From positions 3,381-67,380 of the IMG/VR virus record IMGVR_UViG_3300027797_000026: DNA of 64,000 bases, one strand, 5' to 3'. The notes below the pieces were generated by a model that was given only the letters and a program-made list of their open reading frames with translations, did not search any database and was not told where the DNA came from. This document shows, in pieces, positions 7,204 through 17,542 of the stretch. Source of the DNA: a virus. Its lineage: Duplodnaviria > Caudoviricetes. Each line of letters starts with the position of its first letter. The first letter of the stretch is position 1. Position numbers and translations under genes: made by a program.

Positions 7204-7386
7204 TTAAAATATATTTTTTTCAAACATTTTTTCTACAACTTGAGCTAATAAAAACTCAATGGACACATGGTACTCGACATTTTTGGCATCTGCTTCATCT
7301 GGCGTAATGCCGCTGTTTATCATAGCTTCTTTATTAGCATTTTCAAACTCAGCTATCATAAAACGTAATAGTTCTTCTTTATTCAT
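7204..7386 (-). CDS. hypothetical protein (MNKEELLRF...)
   Basis: start moved to ATG after CAGGAG RBS. Confidence 0.6.
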   Translation of the reverse strand: MNKEELLRFMIAEFENANKEAMINSGITPDEADAKNVEYHVSIEFLLAQVVEKMFEKNIF

Positions 7387-7591
7387 TTTCTTCTCCTGGG
7401 TTAAAGGACGGAACTGGTCCCAAAAGGTATCCCGCCTCATGATACTCAATCATTTTTTCAACATCTTTTGGATCTGCAACTTTGCTAGCTATAAGGCTAA
7501 GCAAGTCATATATTCTGTGGAGCATTATGTAGGTAACCATTGGTAGGCTATCTTCTAAATTGCTAGTTTCCGCCTTCTGGTCTTCCTGCAT
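7379..7591 (-). CDS. hypothetical protein
   Basis: ORF in operon. Confidence 0.7.
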   Translation of the reverse strand: MQEDQKAETSNLEDSLPMVTYIMLHRIYDLLSLIASKVADPKDVEKMIEYHEAGYLLGPVPSFNPGEENE

Positions 7592-7650
7592 CTTCCCACC
7601 AAATTTCTCTTCCCATAGAATCCGTAGGGGAAACTATGTCAGACTCAAAC

Positions 7651-7866
7651 TCAAACTCTTTTTTGCTCATTTACTAATTCTACTATACTTTCATATTTTG
7701 TTATGCCAATAGTATTTTTATAATCACACTCTAGGCAATATAAATATATATAGTCATCTCCGTCGCCGTTACATTGAAGAGAGCCCTGATCCTGTGGGCA
7801 TAAAAGCTTAGGAACAAGGCCCTCTTCCGAAAGTTTAATGTATGTAGACACGTATTGTATCCTCAT
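7651..7866 (-). CDS. Zn-ribbon hypothetical protein (CPQD...CLEC)
   Basis: ORF with GAAAGGAAG RBS. Confidence 0.7.
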   Translation of the reverse strand: MRIQYVSTYIKLSEEGLVPKLLCPQDQGSLQCNGDGDDYIYLYCLECDYKNTIGITKYESIVELVNEQKRV

Positions 7867-7878
7867 TACACTTCCTTT

Positions 7879-8427
7879 CTAATTTGTAGGGAATTTCAAA
7901 TAAAATTCCTTTGCTCTTTGGGTTAAACCCTTCCAAGCTGACCAATTAATACCGCCATTAGTCATGTGATACGCTATCTCTGCATTTATAGTTGGGTCAA
8001 ATAATAGTACGTTTGACTTTAAGTTAAATTTTTCTTTACGATCTGTGCCGAGTGAACCCAACATATTGATCTGAAAAATTCCGTAGGAACTGTCTCCAGT
8101 ATTCCTGTTGCCATTATATGCCATTGGTCGTCCGTTAGACTCCCTCTTAGCAATGGCCCAAGCCATTTTAAGGCCCTTACCTTCAAAACCTACTGCCATT
8201 AAAAGATCTTTTAAATCTTCGTCTGACAGAGCCTGAGAAGGCTTGTAAACAGTATTGCTGTACTTTTCTAAGGTTTCTTTCTTAAGTTGTACTTCTGTCT
8301 TTGGTTTTACTATTAAAGCTTGAGCGGCTGGTGCACCAACTGTATTCGAAAACAAAAACATTACTGTGATTGCAATCGCTGCATATTGATGAACAATATC
8401 GCTTAAGCTTTTCTTTATATTCTCCAT
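7879..8427 (-). CDS. secreted lysozyme-like / lytic transglycosylase
   Basis: AIAKRES (catalytic E), SYGIFQIN, WSAW motifs; N-terminal hydrophobic segment ending AQA; AAGGAGG RBS. Confidence 0.8.
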   Translation of the reverse strand: MENIKKSLSDIVHQYAAIAITVMFLFSNTVGAPAAQALIVKPKTEVQLKKETLEKYSNTVYKPSQALSDEDLKDLLMAVGFEGKGLKMAWAIAKRESNGRPMAYNGNRNTGDSSYGIFQINMLGSLGTDRKEKFNLKSNVLLFDPTINAEIAYHMTNGGINWSAWKGLTQRAKEFYLKFPTN

Positions 8428-8460
8428 TGGCATTTCCTCCTTTAGAGATAGCGAACTATA

Positions 8461-8529
8461 ATCATACCATTTGAATTAAGAATATGTCAAATCATTTTTC
8501 CTTGACAAAGAATATGTAAATAGTATACT
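8461..8529. promoter_or_regulatory. divergent sigmaA-type promoters (minus: TTGACA-18-TATGAT; plus: TTGACA-16-TATACT)
   Basis: direct motif match; AAGAATATGT direct repeat. Confidence 0.65.
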
Positions 8530-8530
8530 T

Positions 8531-8670
8531 CCAATAGGGGGGTCGGGGGGTCAGCAAATCAACATAAATCAACATATATTATATATATGTATATATAGAG
8601 TATTATATATTATAGTTAACTAAAAAACAACAACAAAAATTATTTTTCTTTTCTTTTATAAAAAAGTTTG
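8531..8670. other. candidate replication origin (G6-TC-G6, AAATCAACAT x2, long AT-rich tract)
   Basis: non-coding, at the switch of coding strand; function inferred. Confidence 0.4.
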
Positions 8671-8730
8671 ATACACTTAGACTTCACTTAAAAAATAATC
8701 AGTCCGTATGGCGGAAGAAAAAGGCGACAA

Positions 8731-10665
8731 ATGAAAAATACTATCGAAAATCCTTATGAAAACTTTATTGCACTATCAAGATATGCTAAATGGGTAGAAG
8801 CAGAAGGACGTAGAGAGACATGGGGAGAAACAGTAGATAGATACTTTTCTTTTATGACTAACCACTTAGAAAAAAATCACAATTACATTCCAAATGAAAA
8901 GCTAGTTGCGGAATTAAAAGAGTTTGTTTTTGAACGAAATGTAATGCCTTCCATGAGATCTGTAATGACTTCTGGGGCAGCCCTTGAAAGAGATAATGTA
9001 GCAGGATATAACTGTGCTTTCTTGCCAGTTGATTCCCCACGTTCTTTTGATGAAACTATGTATGTTTTGATGTGTGGAACTGGAGTTGGATTCTCAGTAG
9101 AATACAAGTATATTAATAAACTTCCTGCCGTTCCAGAAAAACTTGAAAAAACGGATACAGTTATTGTAGTTGAAGATTCAAAACAAGGATGGGCTAAAGC
9201 ATATCGTGAACTCCTTGCTTCACTTTGGGCAGGATATATTCCAGCAATTGATGTAACAAAAGTTAGACCTTCTGGTGCAAGATTAAAAACAATGGGTGGT
9301 CGCTCATCTGGTCCACAGCCACTTATTAACCTTTTTGATTTTACTATTTCAAAATTTAAAGCTGCAACAGGAAGAAACCTTAAGCCGATTGAATGTCACG
9401 ACATAATGTGCAAAATTGGCGAAGTAGTTGTAGTTGGTGGAGTTAGACGCTCTGCAATGATTTCACTTTCAAATATAAATGACATTGAAATGGCACAAGC
9501 TAAATCAGGTAACTGGTGGGAAGCAAGCCCACAACGTGCACTATCTAATAACTCAGTTGCGTATTCACGCAAGCCAGGAATGGAACAGTTTATTGCAGAA
9601 TGGAAATCACTTTATGACTCAAAATCTGGAGAACGTGGTATATATAACGTTGCAGCAGCACAAGCACAAGCAGCTAAGTTTGGTAGAAGAGATCCAGAGA
9701 TACACTATGGAACTAATCCATGCTCTGAAATTATTTTGCGCCCATATCAGTTCTGCAATCTTTCAGAAGTAGTAGTTCGTGAAAATGATACTAAAAAAGA
9801 CATTCAAAGAAAAGTTGAGTTAGCAACCATACTTGGAACATGGCAATCTACACTTACTGATTTTAAATATCTTAGAAAGATATGGAAAGATAACACAGAA
9901 GAAGAAAGATTACTAGGAGTTTCCTTGACTGGACAATTTGGACACAAGTTTATGTCTGGAAAAGAAGATTTGGTTATGCTTGAAGCATTCCTAATGACTC
10001 TTCGTGAAAAAGCAAGAGAAGTAAATAAAGAAGAGTCTGGGAAAATTGGGATTCCTGAGTCTGCAGCTATTACATGTGTAAAGCCTTCTGGAACAGTATC
10101 TCAATTGGTCGGGGTATCTTCAGGAATGCATCCATGGCATTCTCCATATTATATTCGTACAGTTCGTGGTTCAAAGGGGGATCCAATTTCTACATTTTTA
10201 AAAGAAGTTGGAATTCCAGTAGAAGATGACGTAATGAAGCCAAATGAGACTTATGTATTTTCATTTCCAGTTAAAGCTCCAGAGGGAGCAATTGTAAGAA
10301 ATGACCTTACTGCAATTGATCATTTAAATATTTGGCTAGTTTATCAACGTGCATGGTGTGAACACAAACCATCAATTACTGTTTCTGTAAAAGAAGAAGA
10401 ATGGATGGAAGTAGGGGCTTGGGTATATAAAAACTTTGATGAAGTTTCTGGTATTTCATTCTTGCCTCATTCAGATCATACATATAAACAAGCTCCATAC
10501 CAAGAAGTCTCAAAAGAAGAGTATGAGGCATTAGTTTCAAAGATGCCCAACAATATTCGTTGGGAAGACCTATCGTTTTATGAGACAGAAGATGGAACCT
10601 CACCCTCTGCCACCCTCGCATGTAGCTCAGACGGCAATTGCGAACTTGTAGATATATCTGCCTAG
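8731..10665 (+). CDS. nrdJ: class II (adenosylcobalamin-dependent) ribonucleotide reductase
   Basis: YNCAF, GGVRRSA, TNPCSEI, KPSGT and C-terminal Cys pair; no beta subunit nearby. Confidence 0.92.
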   Translation: MKNTIENPYENFIALSRYAKWVEAEGRRETWGETVDRYFSFMTNHLEKNHNYIPNEKLVAELKEFVFERNVMPSMRSVMTSGAALERDNVAGYNCAFLPVDSPRSFDETMYVLMCGTGVGFSVEYKYINKLPAVPEKLEKTDTVIVVEDSKQGWAKAYRELLASLWAGYIPAIDVTKVRPSGARLKTMGGRSSGPQPLINLFDFTISKFKAATGRNLKPIECHDIMCKIGEVVVVGGVRRSAMISLSNINDIEMAQAKSGNWWEASPQRALSNNSVAYSRKPGMEQFIAEWKSLYDSKSGERGIYNVAAAQAQAAKFGRRDPEIHYGTNPCSEIILRPYQFCNLSEVVVRENDTKKDIQRKVELATILGTWQSTLTDFKYLRKIWKDNTEEERLLGVSLTGQFGHKFMSGKEDLVMLEAFLMTLREKAREVNKEESGKIGIPESAAITCVKPSGTVSQLVGVSSGMHPWHSPYYIRTVRGSKGDPISTFLKEVGIPVEDDVMKPNETYVFSFPVKAPEGAIVRNDLTAIDHLNIWLVYQRAWCEHKPSITVSVKEEEWMEVGAWVYKNFDEVSGISFLPHSDHTYKQAPYQEVSKEEYEALVSKMPNNIRWEDLSFYETEDGTSPSATLACSSDGNCELVDISA

Positions 10666-10732
10666 TGGTAGAATAATAGTATTGGGTAAAACCAAAATTC
10701 ATGGGCAACACCGCTCAAATGGAGATGACAAA

Positions 10733-10975
10733 ATGGCTATCAAAAATTTTGATAAAGCTGATTTAAATAAAGACGGGAAAGTAACTATGCAAGAACAAAT
10801 CTTAGCAGCACTAGGAACTTACGGAAGAGCATTTTTGGCAGCAGCCACTGCTCTATATATGACTGGAAATACTAATCCAAAGGATTTAATTGCAGCTGGC
10901 GTAGCAGCAATAGCTCCAGTAATTTTAAAGGCACTAAGTCCAAGTAATAAAGAATTTGGATTTACAAGCAAGTAA
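10733..10975 (+). CDS. putative 2-TM holin with N-terminal EF-hand
   Basis: two hydrophobic helices, ...PSNKEFG tail; DLNKDGKVTMQE loop; GGAG RBS. Confidence 0.6.
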   Translation: MAIKNFDKADLNKDGKVTMQEQILAALGTYGRAFLAAATALYMTGNTNPKDLIAAGVAAIAPVILKALSPSNKEFGFTSK

Positions 10976-11042
10976 TTATTAGTCAATTAGGAATGCCCTT
11001 ATGCTAAAATGGTGTAAGGGTATTTCCTTTTAGGGGTAAAAA

Positions 11043-11387
11043 ATGGCAGCTCAAAAAAATTTTCAAGTAGACGAGAATACGACGTTTACTTTTGAGGTAC
11101 AATACCTTGATGAAGAAAATGCTCCAATACAATTAAACCACCATACAGCAAAAATGCAAGTAAGAGATACACAAGGTGGAAAAAAGTTAGCATTTACATT
11201 AACAGAGCAAGACGGAATAGTAATAATACCTTCTTTAGGAAAGCTTTCAGTTTCTTTGTCACCAGAAAGAACTAAAAAGCTTTTTTATCCCAAGTCTGCA
11301 TATGACTTAGTTATAATTGATCCAAGCATTAATATAACAAGACTTCTAGAAGGATATCTAACATTAAATAGGGCGGTAACTATATAA
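11043..11387 (+). CDS. virion structural protein (BppU N-terminal-like Ig fold)
   Basis: AKMQVR...YDL...RLLEG pattern. Confidence 0.6.
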   Translation: MAAQKNFQVDENTTFTFEVQYLDEENAPIQLNHHTAKMQVRDTQGGKKLAFTLTEQDGIVIIPSLGKLSVSLSPERTKKLFYPKSAYDLVIIDPSINITRLLEGYLTLNRAVTI

Positions 11388-11824
11388 TGGCAACCCGCTT
11401 AATTGTAACCGAAAATAATCCACTTGTAGTAGTAAGAGCATCTGGGTCTCCAGGAAGAACAATTATCAGCGGTGCTGGAAATCCAGCAAATTCACTGGGG
11501 GCTCCAGGAGATTTCTATTTTGATACAAACACCACAAGATTTTGGGGTCCAAAGTCATTAGTTTCAAATTCTTGGAATATCCAGAACAGTTTTGTTCTGG
11601 ACAAGCAGGTATCATTTATGTATGCGTGGGAAATGAGCCAGATAACTGGCCCAGTAAATGGCATATATTCAGTTATAATAAATCATAATTTGCAGTTTAA
11701 CCCTAATGTCTTAGTCAAGTCAAGCTCTGGGGACATATTAGAAACTGGAATAGACTATAATAGTATTAACCAAATAACATTGACAATGGCCCAGCCATTT
11801 TCGGGGACAGCATACCTGTCCTAA
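11387..11824 (+). CDS. virion fibre/decoration protein
   Basis: G.PGDFYFDT...WGPK and HNL motifs typical of fibre proteins. Confidence 0.6.
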   Translation: MATRLIVTENNPLVVVRASGSPGRTIISGAGNPANSLGAPGDFYFDTNTTRFWGPKSLVSNSWNIQNSFVLDKQVSFMYAWEMSQITGPVNGIYSVIINHNLQFNPNVLVKSSSGDILETGIDYNSINQITLTMAQPFSGTAYLS

Positions 11825-11839
11825 AAAGGAGATATAGAA

Positions 11840-13039
11840 ATGGCAAGAAAATTTTTAGTAAGCATTGATTTAAACAAGAATGAGTTACTCAATGCTAGAA
11901 TTCAAAACTTAGGCGCAGCCCCATCAAACCCAGTCATTGGTCAGATCTACTACAACAGTGGCGACAATGTTATGTACTACTACAATGGACTAGCATCACC
12001 AAACGGTCCATGGCAGTCAATGAGTGGTTCTCAAGAAGTAATTCAAGATGCAGTTGGCGCATCAATCGAAGGCGGAGTCGGGTTAACAAAAACATACGTT
12101 GATTCTACAGGAATCACAACAATAGATTTAGACAATACAGCAGTAACAACTGGTTCATACGGATCACAAACAAAGATACCTACATTTACAGTAGATCAGC
12201 AAGGTAGATTAACTGCAGCTGGTGAAGTAGATGTTGCAACAGAGCTTTCAATAACTGGAGACACTGGAACAACTGCAATCTCTCTTCTTACAGAAGGCTT
12301 AACAGTAAATGGCGGAGAAGGAATTGATGTTGCTGTAACAAATAATGCAATTACAATTTCAGCAGAAGATGCAAGCACAACAAACAAAGGTGTTGCTTCT
12401 TTTGATGCAGCAGACTTTAATGTAAATGCAGGAATCGTATCTGTAAAAGATATTAATTTAGATTCACAAACAACAGGTGATTATGTAGCAACAATTGTTG
12501 GAACCGCAAATGAAGTTACAGTTTCACCAAACAGTGGACATAATGCTGCAGTAACAATTGGATTACCAGACAATGTAGAAATTACTGGTAATTTGCAAGT
12601 TGGCGGAAACCTAAATGTTATTGGAACTGTTAATTCTGTAAATACAACTCAGATTAACATTGAAGATAATAAAGTAAAGCTTAATAGCAATTTTACTGGA
12701 ACACCTACAACAGACGCTGGATTAACAGTAGAGCGTGGATCAGAAATAGATGTTGAAATACTATGGAATGAAACATCTGATAAGTGGACATTAACAAATA
12801 ATGGCACAGATTATCATGCAATTACTAGAAAGTATGCCGAAACATTAGGCGCATCAGCAACATCTTATACAATAACACATAACCTTGGAACAACAGATGT
12901 AACTGTTCAGATTTTTGAAGCTGCAGTACCATTTGCTCAAGTAGAAGCAGATGTTCAAAGATCAGCTGCAAATTCTGTAACTATTAACTTTGCCTCTGCA
13001 CCTGCTGCTGGAGAATACAGAGTAGTTGTAGTAGGATAA
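11840..13039 (+). CDS. virion fibre protein
   Basis: TVDQQGRLTAA, GNLNVIGT..VNT, THNLG motifs. Confidence 0.65.
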   Translation: MARKFLVSIDLNKNELLNARIQNLGAAPSNPVIGQIYYNSGDNVMYYYNGLASPNGPWQSMSGSQEVIQDAVGASIEGGVGLTKTYVDSTGITTIDLDNTAVTTGSYGSQTKIPTFTVDQQGRLTAAGEVDVATELSITGDTGTTAISLLTEGLTVNGGEGIDVAVTNNAITISAEDASTTNKGVASFDAADFNVNAGIVSVKDINLDSQTTGDYVATIVGTANEVTVSPNSGHNAAVTIGLPDNVEITGNLQVGGNLNVIGTVNSVNTTQINIEDNKVKLNSNFTGTPTTDAGLTVERGSEIDVEILWNETSDKWTLTNNGTDYHAITRKYAETLGASATSYTITHNLGTTDVTVQIFEAAVPFAQVEADVQRSAANSVTINFASAPAAGEYRVVVVG

Positions 13040-13041
13040 TC

Positions 13042-13500
13042 ATGTCTAGACAAATGCTAGTCCCACTAAGACTTCTAGCTTTGTCAACAGACCCAGTTTT
13101 TGGACAAGTTGGCGAAATTTATATAAACACAGTAACCAAAAATTTGCGTGTTCATAATGGAACCACTTGGATAGAGCTAACTCCACCAAGCACAGACCCA
13201 ACACCATTTTACATGCACACTCACACATTTGATGGAGATGTTCATACAATTGACATACAGAATCAAATTGATTTTAAATCATTGTCTAATCCAAATACAC
13301 CAGGAAAAGTATTACCAGAAATTATAGGATATGATGGTGGAAATCCAGCAGACAATCTGCTAACACCGTCATTCGTAGAAGAAAGTTTATTTGATGCTGG
13401 GCTATATGACGGCACACAAGAAGAAACAATAGAAACAGGAACAGGTGGCGGAGGTTCCGAAGATTTCGACGCACCATCACTTGATGGAGGAGGCTCATAA
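13042..13500 (+). CDS. virion structural protein
   Basis: GEIYIN..LRVHNGTTW motif; DGG repeats. Confidence 0.55.
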   Translation: MSRQMLVPLRLLALSTDPVFGQVGEIYINTVTKNLRVHNGTTWIELTPPSTDPTPFYMHTHTFDGDVHTIDIQNQIDFKSLSNPNTPGKVLPEIIGYDGGNPADNLLTPSFVEESLFDAGLYDGTQEETIETGTGGGGSEDFDAPSLDGGGS

Positions 13501-15092
13501 TGGCATTAAAAATTCAATTAAGAAGAGACATAGCAGCAAACTGGACAGCAAATAATCCACTTCTTTTAAACGGTGAAATTGGAATAGAAACCGATACACT
13601 AAAGTTTAAAGTTGGAAACGGAACACAAAGATGGAATGTTCTTGGAAGTTATGCTCTAAGGCCAGGAGAAGCAAACGGTGTTGCCACATTAGGATCAGAT
13701 GGCAAGATACCATTGTCACAACTTCCAAGCCAGGTCTCACTTGACGCAGAAGCTTTAATAGCAATACAAAATGCCTTATCTTCAATTACAACAACAAATA
13801 TTTCAGAAGGAAATGGTCTGTATTTTACAAATGCTAGAGCAGTAACCGCAGTAAGTGGATTATTTGATTCAGCGGGATCTTCCGCTAATGCTTTAGATGC
13901 AGCAAAATTAGATGCAACATCAAAGGTAAATGTAGGAATTTCAATTTCATCAACTGACGCAAGCGCAAAAGCTACTCAATCTCTTTTAATTGCAAAAGCA
14001 GATTCTGAGCTATTTACAAACAATGCAATTAATTCACTTACAACATCTGATATAGAAGAAGGAACAAGACTTTATTTTACACCACTAAGAGTTAATAATA
14101 TAGTTGGTCCGCTTATTTCAGAAACAAGAGGATATGTAGATAGCCAACTAGTTGTTGCTAAAGCATATACCGATGCCGCATTAGGTGGATTTACACCACC
14201 ATTAACTAATATAAGCTCTACTTCAGATGTTCCAGAAGGAAGTAATTTATATTTTACAAATTCAAGAGCAATTACAGCAACTCAAGCAGCAAGAACTTCT
14301 GTTTTAGTTTCCGCCCTTGGAGCAGTAGACGATTTAAGAACTGAAATTCAAACTAGTTTAACTAACTATCTTCCAGTATCTGAACGTAATGCAATTAATG
14401 GATTAGCTGGGCTAGATGCAAATAGTAAAATACAAGAAATTCAAATTCCATCAACAATTGCAAGAACAGCGGATGTATCATCTACTGTAACATCTGCAAT
14501 AGCAAATGTTGTTGATTCTGCGCCAACTGCTTTTGATACTCTTAAAGAAATTGCAACGTATATTGTCGCAGACGGGGCTGCCGCCACTGCTTTAGCAACA
14601 CTAGTTGATACAAAGCTTGCATCTACATTGGCAGCAACAACATATTCTCCAATTGTGTCTCCTACATTTACTGGAACAGTTACAATACCAGCAGGGGCAT
14701 TAATATCTGGATATGCAACAGCCATCAACCTAACTTCAGGTTTGTCTTCTACTTTAACCTCTGCTAATGATTACACTGACTTAGCAATAGAAGGAATAGA
14801 AAACTCACTTGGTGGGTATCAGCCAGAAAATGAAAGAAACCAAAGCAATGGGTATGCTGGTCTAGATTCAGCAGGCAAGATATTAACATCTGCTGTGCCA
14901 GCAATATCAAATACAATGCTTGAAAATAATTCAATTACCATAAATGGAACAGCGATAGCACTTGGCGGAACTGTTATTACTGGATACACAAATGGTATAT
15001 CAGGATCAAATATTAATAAAATTACTTATGGAACAAATATAACACCACCTTCAAGCGGAAACTCTGCTGGAGACATCTACATTCAATACTAA
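13500..15092 (+). CDS. fibre protein with Mtd/hyaluronidase-type N-terminal domain
   Basis: IQLRRD..W...NPLL..GEIGIETDT.KFKVGNG; repeated EG.NLYFT..RA and NG.A.LD..GK. Confidence 0.75.
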   Translation: MALKIQLRRDIAANWTANNPLLLNGEIGIETDTLKFKVGNGTQRWNVLGSYALRPGEANGVATLGSDGKIPLSQLPSQVSLDAEALIAIQNALSSITTTNISEGNGLYFTNARAVTAVSGLFDSAGSSANALDAAKLDATSKVNVGISISSTDASAKATQSLLIAKADSELFTNNAINSLTTSDIEEGTRLYFTPLRVNNIVGPLISETRGYVDSQLVVAKAYTDAALGGFTPPLTNISSTSDVPEGSNLYFTNSRAITATQAARTSVLVSALGAVDDLRTEIQTSLTNYLPVSERNAINGLAGLDANSKIQEIQIPSTIARTADVSSTVTSAIANVVDSAPTAFDTLKEIATYIVADGAAATALATLVDTKLASTLAATTYSPIVSPTFTGTVTIPAGALISGYATAINLTSGLSSTLTSANDYTDLAIEGIENSLGGYQPENERNQSNGYAGLDSAGKILTSAVPAISNTMLENNSITINGTAIALGGTVITGYTNGISGSNINKITYGTNITPPSSGNSAGDIYIQY

Positions 15093-15101
15093 GGAGACCA
15101 A

Positions 15102-17519
15102 ATGCCGCTAAATATTTTTGACGGTTCCAGTTGGAATCCTTTAAAAAAAGTACAGATTCATGATGGCACAGCCTGGAATGAATCAAAAGCGGCATATGTA
15201 TGGACAGGTACAGAATGGAAGTCTCTACTTGATTTAAAACCAAAAAATACAGAGCTTCCAATATTATCTTTACAAAATGGTGCATTTTGGTATGCTGCAC
15301 AAGAAACAGTATCTGTATCAAATGGCGTATGGGAAAATTCCCCAACATCATTTAAATATCAGTGGCAAAAATCATCTTATAGTCAATCTGGATACAATTG
15401 GTCAAACATACTTGATAAAACTTCAAGTACATTATTATTTGACGAAGACGAATGGGCAACAATAAGATCTTTAAAGTATGTTGGATATGCTGTAAGATGC
15501 AAAGTAACAGCTACAAATGCAGCTGGTGACAATGAAGATCCTGTCTATACACTACCAAGCCCATTAATAGGACCACAAAAGCTTACTATTTTAACTGCCG
15601 CTGTAGTTGAAATTGCAGGAATAAAACAAAACGGACGCATAAAGCTAGATTGGGTTAAACCAATTGGAGCAAATAATTTTTACATACAATATTCAGGTGC
15701 AGCATCAGGCGAAGTAGCCCTTGCTGGTGACGTTAATACATATGAAATAGATACTGGAAACGGCAGCGGAGGATTGATAGTATTAGTTAGACCATTAAAT
15801 ACATCTAATGCAAGTGGAATTACTGTTGAAGGACTAGGTACAAACGCATCAGTTTCTGATGTTAAGCCAAATAAACCTGCAGTAACATCGAGCCTTGTTT
15901 CAAAATCAACTGGCGGAACATTTAATTGGTCATTGAATTTAATTCAACCTACAGAGTGGATTATTTATAATAATGGAGAACTATATACAAGTTCTTATCT
16001 ATCAGGTCTTGGTGCATCAGCAACATCTTATGAAATTGATAGAATTGGCGCAGGCGGAACTACATTTGGTTCATTTACAATTACGGTTACTGGAACAGCA
16101 CCAAGATTCTCAGATACTTCATGGTCTTCTTCACCAGCCCTTACAATAACATACCCATCAGTTCCTCTACCAGTAAATCAAACGGCACCAACTGTTTCTG
16201 GAACAGGAAGATCATTTACATCAACAAATGGAACATGGAGCAACTCAAATTCAATATCTTCATACATACATGAATGGTACGCAGACGGCGTAACAATACC
16301 ATTTGGAATTGGAAGCAGTTTAAGTTTAGGAGATACAACACAGTATGATAACAAATCAATAACATCTTCTGTTTACGTATTAACCACTGATTTAAATACT
16401 ACCGCAAAAACATATAGTAGCAACTCAGTCCCATCTACAACAATTGCTGCTGAAGAGCCTACTTCTCCTGTTCAATATTGGGGATGTTGTTCAAACGGAG
16501 GTGGAGTTACTGGAGTTTATGCAAATAGTGGTGCAGCCGTAACTGGTTTAGGCCAATTATGTGCAAATGACGAACCTGGTAACACCTTAACTGGCGGAGT
16601 TTCCAGAACAGCAGTTTGTGTAGCTGTAAATTATACAATTCCAAACTTAGTTGGTATTTATACCCCTGCCAGCACATCAAATTACAACATTTCAGTTGGA
16701 ACTTCTGTTGCAACTACTGATTATACAAAAGAAGGAGTTGTTTCTTCTCAATCTCCAGTAGCTGGAACAATTGTAAGCTCTCCTCCAATTCCTACAATCA
16801 CTGTACGTCAATTTGCTTATCAGGCACCACCAGATTTCCCACCAGGATTACCAGCATGTCCTGGAACTATAACTAATGCAAACGCATACACATGTAATGA
16901 ATTAGGAAGAACACTTCTTGGAAACTCTACTAATTATTCAATAAGCGTTGGACAACAATGCTGCGGAGATCTTGTAACATGTCCTTCTCCAGGAGAATGG
17001 AGTGCATGGAGTACATGCGTTGGAAGTAGCCAAAGTAGAACAAGAACAAATTATCGTTATGCTACATGTACATCTTATACTGAAACTCAAACACAATCTT
17101 GTACCCCACCAGTAGTTAATGTAACTTACTACGCTGGATATTCTTTATGTAATAACAACTCTGGTGTTTATGGTTCTGGAAGTCCAACCGTTAGTGGTCC
17201 ATATTCAGCAGCATCAATACCATCAGATGTAATTATGGGACCAAGCACAGCAAGAGAAGTATTTAGATATAGATCTACATCGGAAGCCGCCCTGTCTGCA
17301 GCTGCTCAAGCTGGGTGTTCTGCCCCACCATTTTTCCCACCAGCATTCCCACCTGAACCAGTGTTTGCACCACCAACATTCTTTGATCCACCAGCTTTCC
17401 CAGGTGAACCAGAGGAACCAGTGTTTGCACCACCAACATTCTTTGATCCACCAGCTTTCCCAGCACCACCAGATTTCCCACCACCAAATTTCCCAGGCGG
17501 GTTCATTAGGGCATATTGA
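15102..17519 (+). CDS. multidomain virion/adhesin protein (Ig/FN3-like, PASTA-like, TSP1-like) with Pro/Phe-rich C-terminal repeats
   Basis: SNGVW..SP.S..YQW Ig-like repeats; IPNLVG..VSSQSP.AG; WSAWSTC..SQSRTR; PPFFPPAFPP tail. Confidence 0.7.
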   Translation: MPLNIFDGSSWNPLKKVQIHDGTAWNESKAAYVWTGTEWKSLLDLKPKNTELPILSLQNGAFWYAAQETVSVSNGVWENSPTSFKYQWQKSSYSQSGYNWSNILDKTSSTLLFDEDEWATIRSLKYVGYAVRCKVTATNAAGDNEDPVYTLPSPLIGPQKLTILTAAVVEIAGIKQNGRIKLDWVKPIGANNFYIQYSGAASGEVALAGDVNTYEIDTGNGSGGLIVLVRPLNTSNASGITVEGLGTNASVSDVKPNKPAVTSSLVSKSTGGTFNWSLNLIQPTEWIIYNNGELYTSSYLSGLGASATSYEIDRIGAGGTTFGSFTITVTGTAPRFSDTSWSSSPALTITYPSVPLPVNQTAPTVSGTGRSFTSTNGTWSNSNSISSYIHEWYADGVTIPFGIGSSLSLGDTTQYDNKSITSSVYVLTTDLNTTAKTYSSNSVPSTTIAAEEPTSPVQYWGCCSNGGGVTGVYANSGAAVTGLGQLCANDEPGNTLTGGVSRTAVCVAVNYTIPNLVGIYTPASTSNYNISVGTSVATTDYTKEGVVSSQSPVAGTIVSSPPIPTITVRQFAYQAPPDFPPGLPACPGTITNANAYTCNELGRTLLGNSTNYSISVGQQCCGDLVTCPSPGEWSAWSTCVGSSQSRTRTNYRYATCTSYTETQTQSCTPPVVNVTYYAGYSLCNNNSGVYGSGSPTVSGPYSAASIPSDVIMGPSTAREVFRYRSTSEAALSAAAQAGCSAPPFFPPAFPPEPVFAPPTFFDPPAFPGEPEEPVFAPPTFFDPPAFPAPPDFPPPNFPGGFIRAY
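17355..17463 (+). repeat. 49-bp exact duplication at 60-bp period encoding EPVFAPPTFFDPPAFP
   Basis: 17355-17403 identical to 17415-17463. Confidence 0.85.
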
Positions 17520-17542
17520 CATTAAATGCTACAATATGTTTT

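Noticed and set aside
8530-8730. Cobalamin riboswitch or NrdR box upstream of nrdJ
   Set aside because: Region is too AT-rich and lacks B12-box or NrdR consensus by eye
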